DNA of 50,102 nucleotides from an uncultured Gemmatimonadaceae bacterium (GTDB lineage Bacteria > Gemmatimonadota > Gemmatimonadetes > Gemmatimonadales > Gemmatimonadaceae), in contig CAYSFN010000002.1 in NCBI GenBank assembly GCA_964430045.1, forward strand, positions 1-50,102. Direction: 5' to 3'. The notes under the pieces were generated by a model. That model did not search any database and was not told the origin of the DNA. It saw only the letters and a list, made by a program, of their open reading frames with translations. Each line of letters starts with the position of its first letter. The stretch's first letter is position 1. Positions 40,902-48,829 of the stretch are shown here, in pieces. The position numbers and the translations under genes were made by a program.

Positions 40902-41242
40902 CGGTCACCTCCACGGTCGACGAACCCGTCGCGCTCGGGGTGCTTCGTGCCGTTGATGGCGTCGACGAGGTTCTCGAAAGCCTGGACGAAGGTGATGTCC
41001 TGCGTCATGGCGTTGAACTCGACGAGGTAGAAGAACGACGGCTCGGCCGCCATCAGGACCAGCGTGTAGAGCTCGTGGCCCTCCTCGGTCTCGCAGAAGA
41101 TCACCGAGGCGATGATCGTGGTGTCGATGAACGTGGTCTCGTGGCTGTTGGCGTTGTGGCTCGGCAGCACGAGCAGGTCGTTCGGCATCGGCGTGTCGCC
41201 GGGGGCCAGGACCCGGCGCTCGAGGGCGGTTCCGTTCGTCAC
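40898..41242 (-). CDS. hypothetical protein
   Basis: GTG 41242 in a GTGA overlap (alternative ATG 41188). 114 aa. Confidence 0.5.
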   Translation of the reverse strand: MTNGTALERRVLAPGDTPMPNDLLVLPSHNANSHETTFIDTTIIASVIFCETEEGHELYTLVLMAAEPSFFYLVEFNAMTQDITFVQAFENLVDAINGTKHPERDGFVDRGGDR

Positions 41243-41442
41243 AGGTCGCCCCCGCTGCTGGTCTCCGACCCGATGAAGGTGTCGTCGTACTCGTCGTCCT
41301 CGTCCTCGTCGTCGAAGTAGCGGACCTCGTACCAGTCCATCTCGACGTCGCCCATGTCGGGCTCGCTGGGGTAGTCCCAGCCGACGACTTCGCCCGCTTC
41401 GTTCTTCTCGATCACGGCGCCGGCGCCGGGGAACATGCTCAT
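41239..41442 (-). CDS. hypothetical acidic protein
   Basis: 67 aa. DDEDEDDEYDD tract. Confidence 0.5.
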   Translation of the reverse strand: MSMFPGAGAVIEKNEAGEVVGWDYPSEPDMGDVEMDWYEVRYFDDEDEDDEYDDTFIGSETSSGGDL

Positions 41443-41669
41443 CGGAGGCTCCTTCCCTTCGGGCCGAGATCGGGGTCATCCTCGAACCCGGAGACGGGCT
41501 GGTCGGTGAAGTCGGCCACGACAGACGAGTCGCTGAACTCGTACTCGCGCTCGATGACCCGCAGGTGATCGCGGCGGGCCACCTCGATGGCAGTGTCCTT
41601 GCTGTCGAACTCGGTGGTGAGCTCGCCGCCGTCGGCCGTCTCGAAGTTGTAGCGGTGGATGGTGGTCAC
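41439..41669 (-). CDS. hypothetical protein
   Basis: GTG start. 76 aa. 4-nt overlaps. Confidence 0.5.
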   Translation of the reverse strand: MTTIHRYNFETADGGELTTEFDSKDTAIEVARRDHLRVIEREYEFSDSSVVADFTDQPVSGFEDDPDLGPKGRSLR

Positions 41670-42214
41670 GGTTCCTCCGTGGGGGTGAGGAGCTGCCGGA
41701 TGTCCAGCAGGAGGTCGTCATCGAGGGCGGGGGGCTTGGTTCTCGCGTCAGGCTCGGGGACCTGCTCGATGCTGTACCCGGTTGGGTCGGCGTAGCCGGC
41801 GAGGGCTTCATTTGCCTCCGCTTGGGTGGCGTAGCGATCGACGATGCCGCCATCGAACTGCTCATCGACGATTGCCCAGGTGGCACTGTCCGGGTAGACG
41901 TTGTCGAGCCAGGCGTGGACGAGCTGCATGGCCTCGTCGCTCAGCTTCCAGCTCGGGACGCCGCCGTGGAGGTCGATGCCGCGAACGTCGGCCCGGAGCG
42001 TGTCGACGTAGTAGCTCGACACGAACTGGCCCCAGAGGTTGCCGCCGTTCTGCTCGGCGAACTTCTCCTCGTAGCGTCGGTCGTAGAAGGCGACGGTCGG
42101 CTTGCCCTCGGCGGTGAGGCAGAGGTTCAAGCCGTGCCGCTCGCCCTCGGTGATCAGGCGCGCCGTCCACGGCTGGCCGGATCGGGGGTCGATGAAGTTG
42201 ATGGTGGTGATCAA
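41666..42214 (-). CDS. hypothetical protein ending in a DLLLDIRQLL peptide
   Basis: 182 aa. 4-nt overlaps. The C-terminal motif is shared with the upstream 58-aa gene (42211-42387). Confidence 0.55.
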   Translation of the reverse strand: MITTINFIDPRSGQPWTARLITEGERHGLNLCLTAEGKPTVAFYDRRYEEKFAEQNGGNLWGQFVSSYYVDTLRADVRGIDLHGGVPSWKLSDEAMQLVHAWLDNVYPDSATWAIVDEQFDGGIVDRYATQAEANEALAGYADPTGYSIEQVPEPDARTKPPALDDDLLLDIRQLLTPTEEP

Positions 42215-42387
42215 GGCGTCTCCGGATCGTTGGTGCAGGTGACGCCCGGGCCCTTGATCAGGCCGCGGATGTCGAGGAGGAGGTCGGTCATCGTGTTCGA
42301 GTCGACCAGCGAACGGTCGGCGATGTTGTTGATGCCCTTGTCGATGAGGGCGAGGGCCTGCTCGTTGCGGGTGGGGGCTTCGGGCAT
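42211..42387 (-). CDS. 58-aa protein carrying a DLLLDIRGLI peptide
   Basis: Internal ATG 42387 in a TGATG junction. Below the ORF-track cutoff as a stand-alone gene. Confidence 0.4.
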   Translation of the reverse strand: MPEAPTRNEQALALIDKGINNIADRSLVDSNTMTDLLLDIRGLIKGPGVTCTNDPETP

Positions 42388-43073
42388 CAGGAGCCGACGC
42401 AGACGTAGTAGCCCGGTGCCTCGACGCGGACGCCGTCGTCGACGGGGAAGATCTCGCTCATGCTGCCGCAGAAGTACAGGATGGCGTCGCTCACCAGGCT
42501 GCGCTCCCGATCGTTCAGCTCGGGGAAGGAGTGGCTGATCGGTTCCTTCCAGCCGTCGATGTTCATGACGGCGGCCAGGCCGAAGCGCAGCTCGTGGGCG
42601 GTGAAGGGGCCGCGCTCGGAGCCGGGTTCGGGATCGCTGTCGCCGGCATCGGCGAAGCGCTGGCGATCGGCGTGCATGGAGACCGAGCGCCAGAGGTTCG
42701 GGTACTCGGTGCTGTAGTTGCGGCGCCAGGTGACCGAGGTGATGACCGCCTTCACCTCGTACTGGTCGCCGGTGCTTAGGTCGTAGAGAGCCTCCGCGTC
42801 CCAGAACTGGGGACACTCCTGCTCGTCGTAGTGGTAGCTGGCCGCGTCGTCCTGCGATGGGTGCGTGGTGAAGAACACGTGGCCGTCGTTGACCTCGCGC
42901 TCGACTAGCAGCCAGCGGTGATCGTCGTCGTTCTCGGTCCGGCAGTTGCTGATCCCACCGAAGTCGTCGATGGAGCCGGCCTCGAGGCGCACGATGGTAG
43001 TGCCGTCGAGGCCGAAGCCGTAGCCGCCGACGATCTCGTCGAGCTGGTCGAGGTACTGCGCGGAGAAGGTCAT
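42387..43073 (-). CDS. hypothetical protein
   Basis: Internal ATG 43073 in an ATGA overlap. 228 aa. Confidence 0.55.
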   Translation of the reverse strand: MTFSAQYLDQLDEIVGGYGFGLDGTTIVRLEAGSIDDFGGISNCRTENDDDHRWLLVEREVNDGHVFFTTHPSQDDAASYHYDEQECPQFWDAEALYDLSTGDQYEVKAVITSVTWRRNYSTEYPNLWRSVSMHADRQRFADAGDSDPEPGSERGPFTAHELRFGLAAVMNIDGWKEPISHSFPELNDRERSLVSDAILYFCGSMSEIFPVDDGVRVEAPGYYVCVGS

Positions 43074-43702
43074 GCCGGCACGAAGCTCACGCCGGTGCGG
43101 ACCTTGTACTCCTCGCCGGTGCGGCGGTCGAAGAGCGTCTCGGTTTCCCAGTCGCTGGGGTACTCCTGGCCCTGGAGGTAGTCGCCGGCCTTCTCGAGGG
43201 TGGCGTGGGCCGTGACCCACAGCGGCGGGCTGTTGCGTCGGTTGCGCTGCACGAGGATGAAGGGCGCCTTGGCCACGTCGGCCTCGATGTCGCCGCAGTT
43301 CTCGTCGTGCGCACTGTGGCAGATGGCGAGCATCGGGCCGCCGGAGGGGTGGACCTCGAGCTCGTAGGAGTGGAGCTCGCTCACGAGCGGCGTGCTGTGC
43401 AGAGCGTCGCCGAAGGGGTAGGTCTCGCTCACCTCCTTGGGGTCGATGTCGTTCGCCTCGAACAGGTCGCTGATCGCGTCGATGAAGTCGGCGCCGGACA
43501 GGTGGTGCTCGGGGGTGGTCTCCTCCTCGTCGGTGCGCTGGAACAGGTGGATGACCTGCCAGAGGACCGACTCGACGATCTTCGTCTCAAGCTCCATGCG
43601 ATAGGCCAGGTCGAGGCCGCCGGCAGCGGTGGCGTTGCCGGTCTCTCGGGCGATGGCCAGCGCGGCGCTGGCGGTGATGCGGTTCTTGCTGGGGATGTCC
43701 AT
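43070..43702 (-). CDS. hypothetical protein
   Basis: ATG 43702 after TAGGAGG. 210 aa. Confidence 0.55.
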   Translation of the reverse strand: MDIPSKNRITASAALAIARETGNATAAGGLDLAYRMELETKIVESVLWQVIHLFQRTDEEETTPEHHLSGADFIDAISDLFEANDIDPKEVSETYPFGDALHSTPLVSELHSYELEVHPSGGPMLAICHSAHDENCGDIEADVAKAPFILVQRNRRNSPPLWVTAHATLEKAGDYLQGQEYPSDWETETLFDRRTGEEYKVRTGVSFVPA

Positions 43703-43776
43703 GGGTGCCTCCTAGGCGGCCAGGCAGAGGGCGTCGACAACCTGGCCGACGATCCACTCCATGACGGGTGGGATGG

Positions 43777-44193
43777 TCAGTCGGACGAGACGTGGTCGTC
43801 GGACGCCTCGGGCACGCCGGGGATGTCGCCGAAGGCGATGTAGTCCTCGTGCTCGCGGTGGCCGTCGGCTCGCTGGGCGGCCTTGAGCTGCTCGATGAAC
43901 TCCTCGGCCTCGGCCTTGGGGAGATCGCCCGCCAGGCGGGTTCCGCGGACGGGGTCGCCCTGCGGTCGCTTCACGACTCGGAACGGGATGCCGTAGTGGA
44001 AGGCCTGGGCCTTGGCCAGCTCAGGTACGCCCTCCCACTCGACCCGACCGAGGTCGGCGTGTACGGCGAACAGCCGGTCGGTGACGCCGGCGCGGCAGGC
44101 CAGGTCGTACACCCGGCGCATCATGGTCTGGGAGTCCTTGCCCCCGCTCGTGTTGATCAGGATGACGTCGTAGTCGGTCAGGTCCGGCGTCAT
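43777..44193 (-). CDS. PP-loop ATP pyrophosphatase fragment (PAPS-reductase-like N-terminal half)
   Basis: Internal ATG 44193 in an ATGA overlap. ILINTSGGKDS PP-loop, then VHADLGRVEWEGV and YGIPFRVVKR. Only 138 aa, with no C-terminal Cys motifs. Confidence 0.7.
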   Translation of the reverse strand: MTPDLTDYDVILINTSGGKDSQTMMRRVYDLACRAGVTDRLFAVHADLGRVEWEGVPELAKAQAFHYGIPFRVVKRPQGDPVRGTRLAGDLPKAEAEEFIEQLKAAQRADGHREHEDYIAFGDIPGVPEASDDHVSSD

Positions 44194-44591
44194 CGGCCCA
44201 CCATCCACTCGACCAGCGAGCGCTGGCCGGCCATCACCATCGGGTGCGTCACGAACATGCCGAACTCCTGGGGGAACTCGTTGGCGAACTGGATCACGGC
44301 CCATGCCGGGCTGGCCTTGTGGATCACGAACCACGGTGTCGACCATGCCCACCAGCACAGGATGGCGTTGAGGTAGTCGGCCAGGCCGTAGGCCACGTCC
44401 AGGTGCTGCGTCGTCGCGGCGATCGTCTCGGGGTCGTACCAGAAGACCTCGCCGTCCTCGATGGCGGCGACGATGCCGAAGCCGGAGGGGTGACGATCGC
44501 ACCACGCCGGATGCTGCATCACCGCCGCCTGGAACTCGCCGAGGTTGTCAGCCTGGGCGATGAAGTAGGCCTCGATCAGCGTCGTCGACAT
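44190..44591 (-). CDS. hypothetical protein
   Basis: Internal ATG 44591 in a TGATG junction. 133 aa. Trp-rich hydrophobic segment. Confidence 0.55.
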   Translation of the reverse strand: MSTTLIEAYFIAQADNLGEFQAAVMQHPAWCDRHPSGFGIVAAIEDGEVFWYDPETIAATTQHLDVAYGLADYLNAILCWWAWSTPWFVIHKASPAWAVIQFANEFPQEFGMFVTHPMVMAGQRSLVEWMVGR

Positions 44592-44842
44592 CAGTGGATG
44601 TAGATGAGGTCGATGGAGTCGGTGGGGATCTCGACGATGGCTCCGGTCGCGGTGTCGACATCGACGTCGTCGATCCACTCCTGGGCGCGCAGCACCCTCA
44701 GGCCGTCGATCCGCTCACGGATCTCGTAGTCCTTGGGCTTGCCGCCGGAGTGCGGGTGGATCTCGACGACGAGACCCCCCTCGATGCAGCGGTCGACGAG
44801 GGAGGTCTCGAACTCGGCCTCGGGGTTGAAGGCGAACTTCAC
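44591..44842 (-). CDS. hypothetical protein
   Basis: GTG 44842 after GGAGGA. 83 aa. Confidence 0.5.
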   Translation of the reverse strand: MKFAFNPEAEFETSLVDRCIEGGLVVEIHPHSGGKPKDYEIRERIDGLRVLRAQEWIDDVDVDTATGAIVEIPTDSIDLIYIH

Positions 44843-44844
44843 GG

Positions 44845-45081
44845 TCAGTCCTCCCCGTAGTGGTTGACGAGCAGGTCCTCGAAGGAACCCTTGGCCTTGA
44901 AGGCCACGGTCTCGGCGAAGACATCGGCGGGGGTGCCCCCATCGCTCATTCGTTCGACCTCGTCGACGGCGTCCTTGACGATGATCTCGACCCACTCGAC
45001 GAGGTCCTCCATCACACCGTCGTCGTGCAGATCGTGGGCGTCGGGTGCTGCGTGGCGCGCTGGCTTCTCACGGGTGGTCAC
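44845..45081 (-). CDS. hypothetical protein
   Basis: GTG 45081 in a GTGA overlap. 78 aa. Confidence 0.45.
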   Translation of the reverse strand: MTTREKPARHAAPDAHDLHDDGVMEDLVEWVEIIVKDAVDEVERMSDGGTPADVFAETVAFKAKGSFEDLLVNHYGED

Positions 45082-45584
45082 GTCGTCACCAGCTCGTAGG
45101 TGATCTTGCCGGCGTCGTCGGCGAGGGTGACCTCGATCTTCTCGATGCCGGGCAGACCGGAAGCGACCATGTCGAGGAGGCCGGCGCGGATGGAGTCCTG
45201 GGCGACCTCGTTGGGGGTGAAGAGGTTCGGGCCGCTCACCATCCATCGGGGGTCGGGCGGCGGTTTGGTGAACACGATGTCGTGGTCGACCCCCTGGCGC
45301 GTGAGGAACGCCTTGATCGGCGAGCACGCCACGTTCAGCTCGCCCTTCGTGCAATCGACCGGGTCGAACCTGTCGATGGAGGCCAGCAGCTCCTGGAGCT
45401 TCCGCGCCGCCTGCCCGGGGAGCCTCCAGTAGCACCAGCCGTCGCTGTTCTGGTTCGTCCACCGCATCAGGCGCTGGAGTCGGCGGGCCCCCTCTTGCAA
45501 GTTCGGCGTCTCGTCGGTGAACCGCTGAGACAAGTCGTCGATCTCGTACTCGTTCAGGATCATCGTCACGATGACCTCCTTCAC
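45078..45584 (-). CDS. hypothetical protein
   Basis: GTG 45584 in a GTGA overlap. An internal GTG/ATG after AAGGAGG is an alternative start. About 168 aa. Confidence 0.55.
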   Translation of the reverse strand: MKEVIVTMILNEYEIDDLSQRFTDETPNLQEGARRLQRLMRWTNQNSDGWCYWRLPGQAARKLQELLASIDRFDPVDCTKGELNVACSPIKAFLTRQGVDHDIVFTKPPPDPRWMVSGPNLFTPNEVAQDSIRAGLLDMVASGLPGIEKIEVTLADDAGKITYELVTT

Positions 45585-45997
45585 TTGCTGGAAGGGGCGA
45601 ACTGGTCGAACAGGTCCTTGAGCGCGGCCCGTTCGACCGCGACCACGTCGTCATGGGTGGGTGGGGGTGGTGCCCACGACCTTCGACCGAACACATCACC
45701 GTGGGTCCCGGTGCCGTGGTGAGCAGCCCGATCGGCTGCGTACATGGCCCTTACGGCGTCGTCCAAGGCGAACTGCACCTCGTCGAGCAGTCGGCGGCCC
45801 GACGAGGTGCAGTGCACGATGTTGGGATCGTCCGGCGGGATCTCGACCAGGCTCATCCGGAGCAGACGTTCGAGGGCGAGGTTCAGCCGCACTCGAAAGA
45901 TGCCCTTGGGCGCGTACCCGCGACGGATGTTCAGCTCGTCCATCGGCAGGACCCGAAGGACTGCCAGGGAAACCTCTTCAGAACTCAGTGCACTCAT
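45581..45997 (-). CDS. hypothetical protein, possibly winged-helix
   Basis: 138 aa. 4-nt overlaps. The segment IRRGYAPKGIFRVRLNLALERLLRMSLVE is compatible with a wHTH. Confidence 0.5.
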   Translation of the reverse strand: MSALSSEEVSLAVLRVLPMDELNIRRGYAPKGIFRVRLNLALERLLRMSLVEIPPDDPNIVHCTSSGRRLLDEVQFALDDAVRAMYAADRAAHHGTGTHGDVFGRRSWAPPPPTHDDVVAVERAALKDLFDQFAPSSK

Positions 45998-46389
45998 CGG
46001 GGGACCCTTCGGCTGTAGACCCAGCCGGCGCCAACGTGCGGGTCCTTGATCAGGATCCGGCAGTAGTCGGCGCCGCGCTCGTCATGGATGGGGTTGCTCC
46101 CGAGTGGAGGGACGCCACTGAGCGTTCCCCATTGCCGGCGAGGCTCGTCCCGTCGACCAGCGAGGTACTCGACCTCGTCGGTCCACATGATCCCGCCGGG
46201 AACTTCGTCGATGGGGATGTACTCGTAGCGGTAGGTGGTCGAGTCAGACCAGGCGGCGTATTCGGCCGCCGCCTCCCGTTCCAGCTCGCTGGCTTGGCGC
46301 ACGCGGTCGCGGTGGGCCGCACGAGCTTCTCGAAGATCCTCCCGCCGCTCGAGAATCCGCCGTTCTCGATCGGGGCTGTGGCCGCTCAT
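45994..46389 (-). CDS. hypothetical protein
   Basis: Internal ATG 46389 in an ATGA overlap. 131 aa. Confidence 0.55.
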   Translation of the reverse strand: MSGHSPDRERRILERREDLREARAAHRDRVRQASELEREAAAEYAAWSDSTTYRYEYIPIDEVPGGIMWTDEVEYLAGRRDEPRRQWGTLSGVPPLGSNPIHDERGADYCRILIKDPHVGAGWVYSRRVPR

Positions 46390-46811
46390 CGAGGGGCCTC
46401 CCCGGTGATCCAGGCCCGGTTGTAGCCGAGCGCACACTGCCCGGCGATCCGAGCCCGTCGACCGGCGTCGTCGCGGTCAGCCTGCGACGAGTCGACGTGG
46501 TAGCGCACCGAACCGGCCCGGATGAGCTCGCCGGCTTTGGACGCCATCCAGGTCAGCCGGCCGGGCCCATTGGGGGCGACGCGGACCGCGCCCCGCGGGG
46601 TGATGATGCCGGGCCAGTCGGTCGGGGCCTCGGAGTAGCGGGCCGAGGCTCCGGCCTCAATGAGCTTGCGGGCAGTCTTTCGGACGTCAGAGCTGCTGGC
46701 CAGGTTGTCGAGGACGAAGTTGATCTCGGCATCGGTGTAGAACGGCCGGCACAGGTGGGCGATGTACGCCTTCTCCGCGGTGGTGACCGGCGGGGTGACG
46801 GTGGTGGTCAA
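46386..46811 (-). CDS. hypothetical protein
   Basis: TTG start in a TTGA overlap. 141 aa. Confidence 0.5.
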   Translation of the reverse strand: MTTTVTPPVTTAEKAYIAHLCRPFYTDAEINFVLDNLASSSDVRKTARKLIEAGASARYSEAPTDWPGIITPRGAVRVAPNGPGRLTWMASKAGELIRAGSVRYHVDSSQADRDDAGRRARIAGQCALGYNRAWITGEAPR

Positions 46812-47104
46812 TGGCTTGCCTCATTGAAGGCCGGCTCGTTCGGCCAGTCCGCAGGGTCAGTGCAGATGACCGACTCGTAGTCGATCGCGTGGTCGACGCG
46901 TTCGGCGCCGGGGCTGAGCAGGAGCGCCTGGCTCACATCGCCGGCCCACTCGAACTGGACGTTCGGGTAGCGCCGGCGCAGTTCGGCGTTGACGGCGTCC
47001 TGCCACTGCTCGTTCGTCATGCCGAGCTCGTCCTCGTCGACGCAGTCGGCGGTGTAGGCCACGGCGATGCCGCAGATGTCCTCGTTGACGTTGGTGGTGT
47101 CCAT
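46808..47104 (-). CDS. hypothetical acidic protein
   Basis: Internal ATG 47104 after GAGGAGGG. 98 aa. Confidence 0.5.
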   Translation of the reverse strand: MDTTNVNEDICGIAVAYTADCVDEDELGMTNEQWQDAVNAELRRRYPNVQFEWAGDVSQALLLSPGAERVDHAIDYESVICTDPADWPNEPAFNEASH

Positions 47105-47115
47105 GTCGTCCCTCC

Positions 47116-47724
47116 TCAGCAGGGGATGGCGATGTCGGGGATGAACTCGTCGCTGTGCTCGCCGGCCCAACGGTGCGGGTCGACGACCTCGGCGAGGTCG
47201 ACGTCGCCGATGACGTGGCGGTAGGCACGCTGGAATCCGACGTTGTGAAGCATCTTCCTCAGGTTCTCGCGGCCCGTCGTCGTGCCGCCGAAGTTGACGA
47301 TGAACTCGCCGCACGCCCGCACGCTCTCGTCGTCGTGGGAATCGAGGACCAGATCGGCGAGGCGTCGCGCGGCGTAGGTCCGGGCCTGGGCCCAATCGTC
47401 GAACCCTCCCCGCTCGGAGACGTTGAACGCTCGGCCGCTGGGGTGCATGCCGACCCAGTGGAACTCGACTTCGGTTCTCGGCTGCACGCTGGGGCACGAG
47501 ATGATGGTGACGAAGACGGTCTCACCCTGGGCGCCGTGCTCGAAAGCGATGGTCTCGGGGGCGTGCCAGGAGTTGAGCCACATCTGGAGCTGCAGGCGAG
47601 CGGCTTCCTTCGCCTTGGAGATCGACGAAGAGTTGACGACGATGGGTCCGATCCGGAACTCGCGACCCTTGGGCCAGTGGGTCTCGGTCATCTCGCCGAC
47701 GATCGGGATGGAAACGTTGGTCAT
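47116..47724 (-). CDS. hypothetical protein
   Basis: ATG 47724 in an ATGA overlap. 202 aa. Confidence 0.55.
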   Translation of the reverse strand: MTNVSIPIVGEMTETHWPKGREFRIGPIVVNSSSISKAKEAARLQLQMWLNSWHAPETIAFEHGAQGETVFVTIISCPSVQPRTEVEFHWVGMHPSGRAFNVSERGGFDDWAQARTYAARRLADLVLDSHDDESVRACGEFIVNFGGTTTGRENLRKMLHNVGFQRAYRHVIGDVDLAEVVDPHRWAGEHSDEFIPDIAIPC

Positions 47725-48425
47725 GTCGAACCTCCGGTGAGGCTGATGAGGGCGTGGGTGAGCTCGGCGGGGGTGGCGGTCGCGTTGACGCGCTTGCGCC
47801 GCCGGGTGAGCAGTTTGTCGATGCGTTCACACTCGCCGAACAGTCGAGCCCTGAGGGCCTCGTCGAAGGCAGCCCCTTCGGGAGTGTTGAGAAGGGCCTT
47901 CACGGCGGCGACGCGCTTGACCTGAGACGTCCGCTTCTTGCAGCCGGCATGCTCCTGGAGCAGGCGGTTGTACCGGACGTCGGCAGCGCGGCGGGTCTCC
48001 CGCATCCGCTGCCAGAAGGAGACCCGTTCCGGATGCTTGATGTAGCGGTCCCAGCACGACTTGCACGAACTCCTCCGATGATGGCTCCGGAATCCCGCCA
48101 CCCCGAACCCCTGACACTCGGCGCAATCGGGGAAGCCGATCTCCCGCTCGCGATCCCGTCGCCAGCTCGGGCAGTGCGGGGCGTAGTTCCACTCGTAGGC
48201 TCCGTCGAGCAGGTGCACGCGCTCGAGGTACCGCGGCTTGGCCGTGCAGGAGTAGCAGAGGCCGTTGAAAGTGCCGGCGTAGAGCTCGGCCGGGTGCCCT
48301 CCGTCCGCGTTCAACTTGGCGCCGCATCCCAAGCAGGCCCAGTCGGAGGGGTACATCCCGTTGACGTCCATGTCCTTGTAGGCCGTCTTGATGGCGGTCT
48401 CGACGCGTGACTGAAGATCGCTCAT
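47721..48425 (-). CDS. Cys-rich protein with a DnaJ-type CxxCxGxG zinc-finger element
   Basis: ATG 48425 in an ATGA overlap. CLGCGAK, CYSC, CAECQGFG, CKSC. 234 aa. Confidence 0.6.
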   Translation of the reverse strand: MSDLQSRVETAIKTAYKDMDVNGMYPSDWACLGCGAKLNADGGHPAELYAGTFNGLCYSCTAKPRYLERVHLLDGAYEWNYAPHCPSWRRDREREIGFPDCAECQGFGVAGFRSHHRRSSCKSCWDRYIKHPERVSFWQRMRETRRAADVRYNRLLQEHAGCKKRTSQVKRVAAVKALLNTPEGAAFDEALRARLFGECERIDKLLTRRRKRVNATATPAELTHALISLTGGST

Positions 48426-48607
48426 CGCGCCCACCCGATCGGGTTGACCCAGTCGCCGGCGGATTCGTTCACCGCTCCGCTCTTGATGAGGCTGTCGATC
48501 AGCTCGTTCCAGGCTTCACGAATGGCCGGCTTGTCCCGACTGGCGATGACCGCGGCGCAGGTGTCGCGGAAGTCCCGCTCGACGTCCGACTTCTTGACGG
48601 TGGCCAT
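48422..48607 (-). CDS. hypothetical protein
   Basis: ATG 48607 after AAAGGAGG. 61 aa. Confidence 0.5.
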   Translation of the reverse strand: MATVKKSDVERDFRDTCAAVIASRDKPAIREAWNELIDSLIKSGAVNESAGDWVNPIGWAR

Positions 48608-48646
48608 GGCGGCCTCCTTTGGGGTGGGGAGAGATCTGGGGTTCGT

Positions 48647-48829
48647 TCATGCTACCGCGGGTTCATGGGCCTGTTCCAGTGCGAGGCCGGCTGTCTGGAT
48701 GGCGCGCAGGACTTGTTCAGGGTGGATCGTGTCGGCGCACTCGGTCGCCGTCCTGCCCTCACTCCGACAGTCGGTGCACGCCATGGCCTCGAACGTGCAG
48801 GCCAACGTGTCATCGGTGAACTTGGGCAT
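48647..48829 (-). CDS. hypothetical 60-aa Cys-containing protein
   Basis: Internal ATG 48829 after GGGAGGA. CTFEAMACTDC...EC. Confidence 0.45.
   Translation of the reverse strand: MPKFTDDTLACTFEAMACTDCRSEGRTATECADTIHPEQVLRAIQTAGLALEQAHEPAVA
48672..48680 (-). promoter_or_regulatory. exact ACTGGAACA copy near the 3' end of the 60-aa gene
   Basis: TGTTCCAGT on the plus strand, starting 65 nt from the start codon at 48607. Lies inside codons L-E-Q. Confidence 0.35.

Noticed and set aside
655-48680. TGGAAC motif considered as a sigma-54 -24 element (TGGCAC-N5-TTGC)
   Set aside because: No GC -12 partner lies at the right spacing, the sequence differs at the key position, and the motif occurs in both orientations and as inverted pairs.
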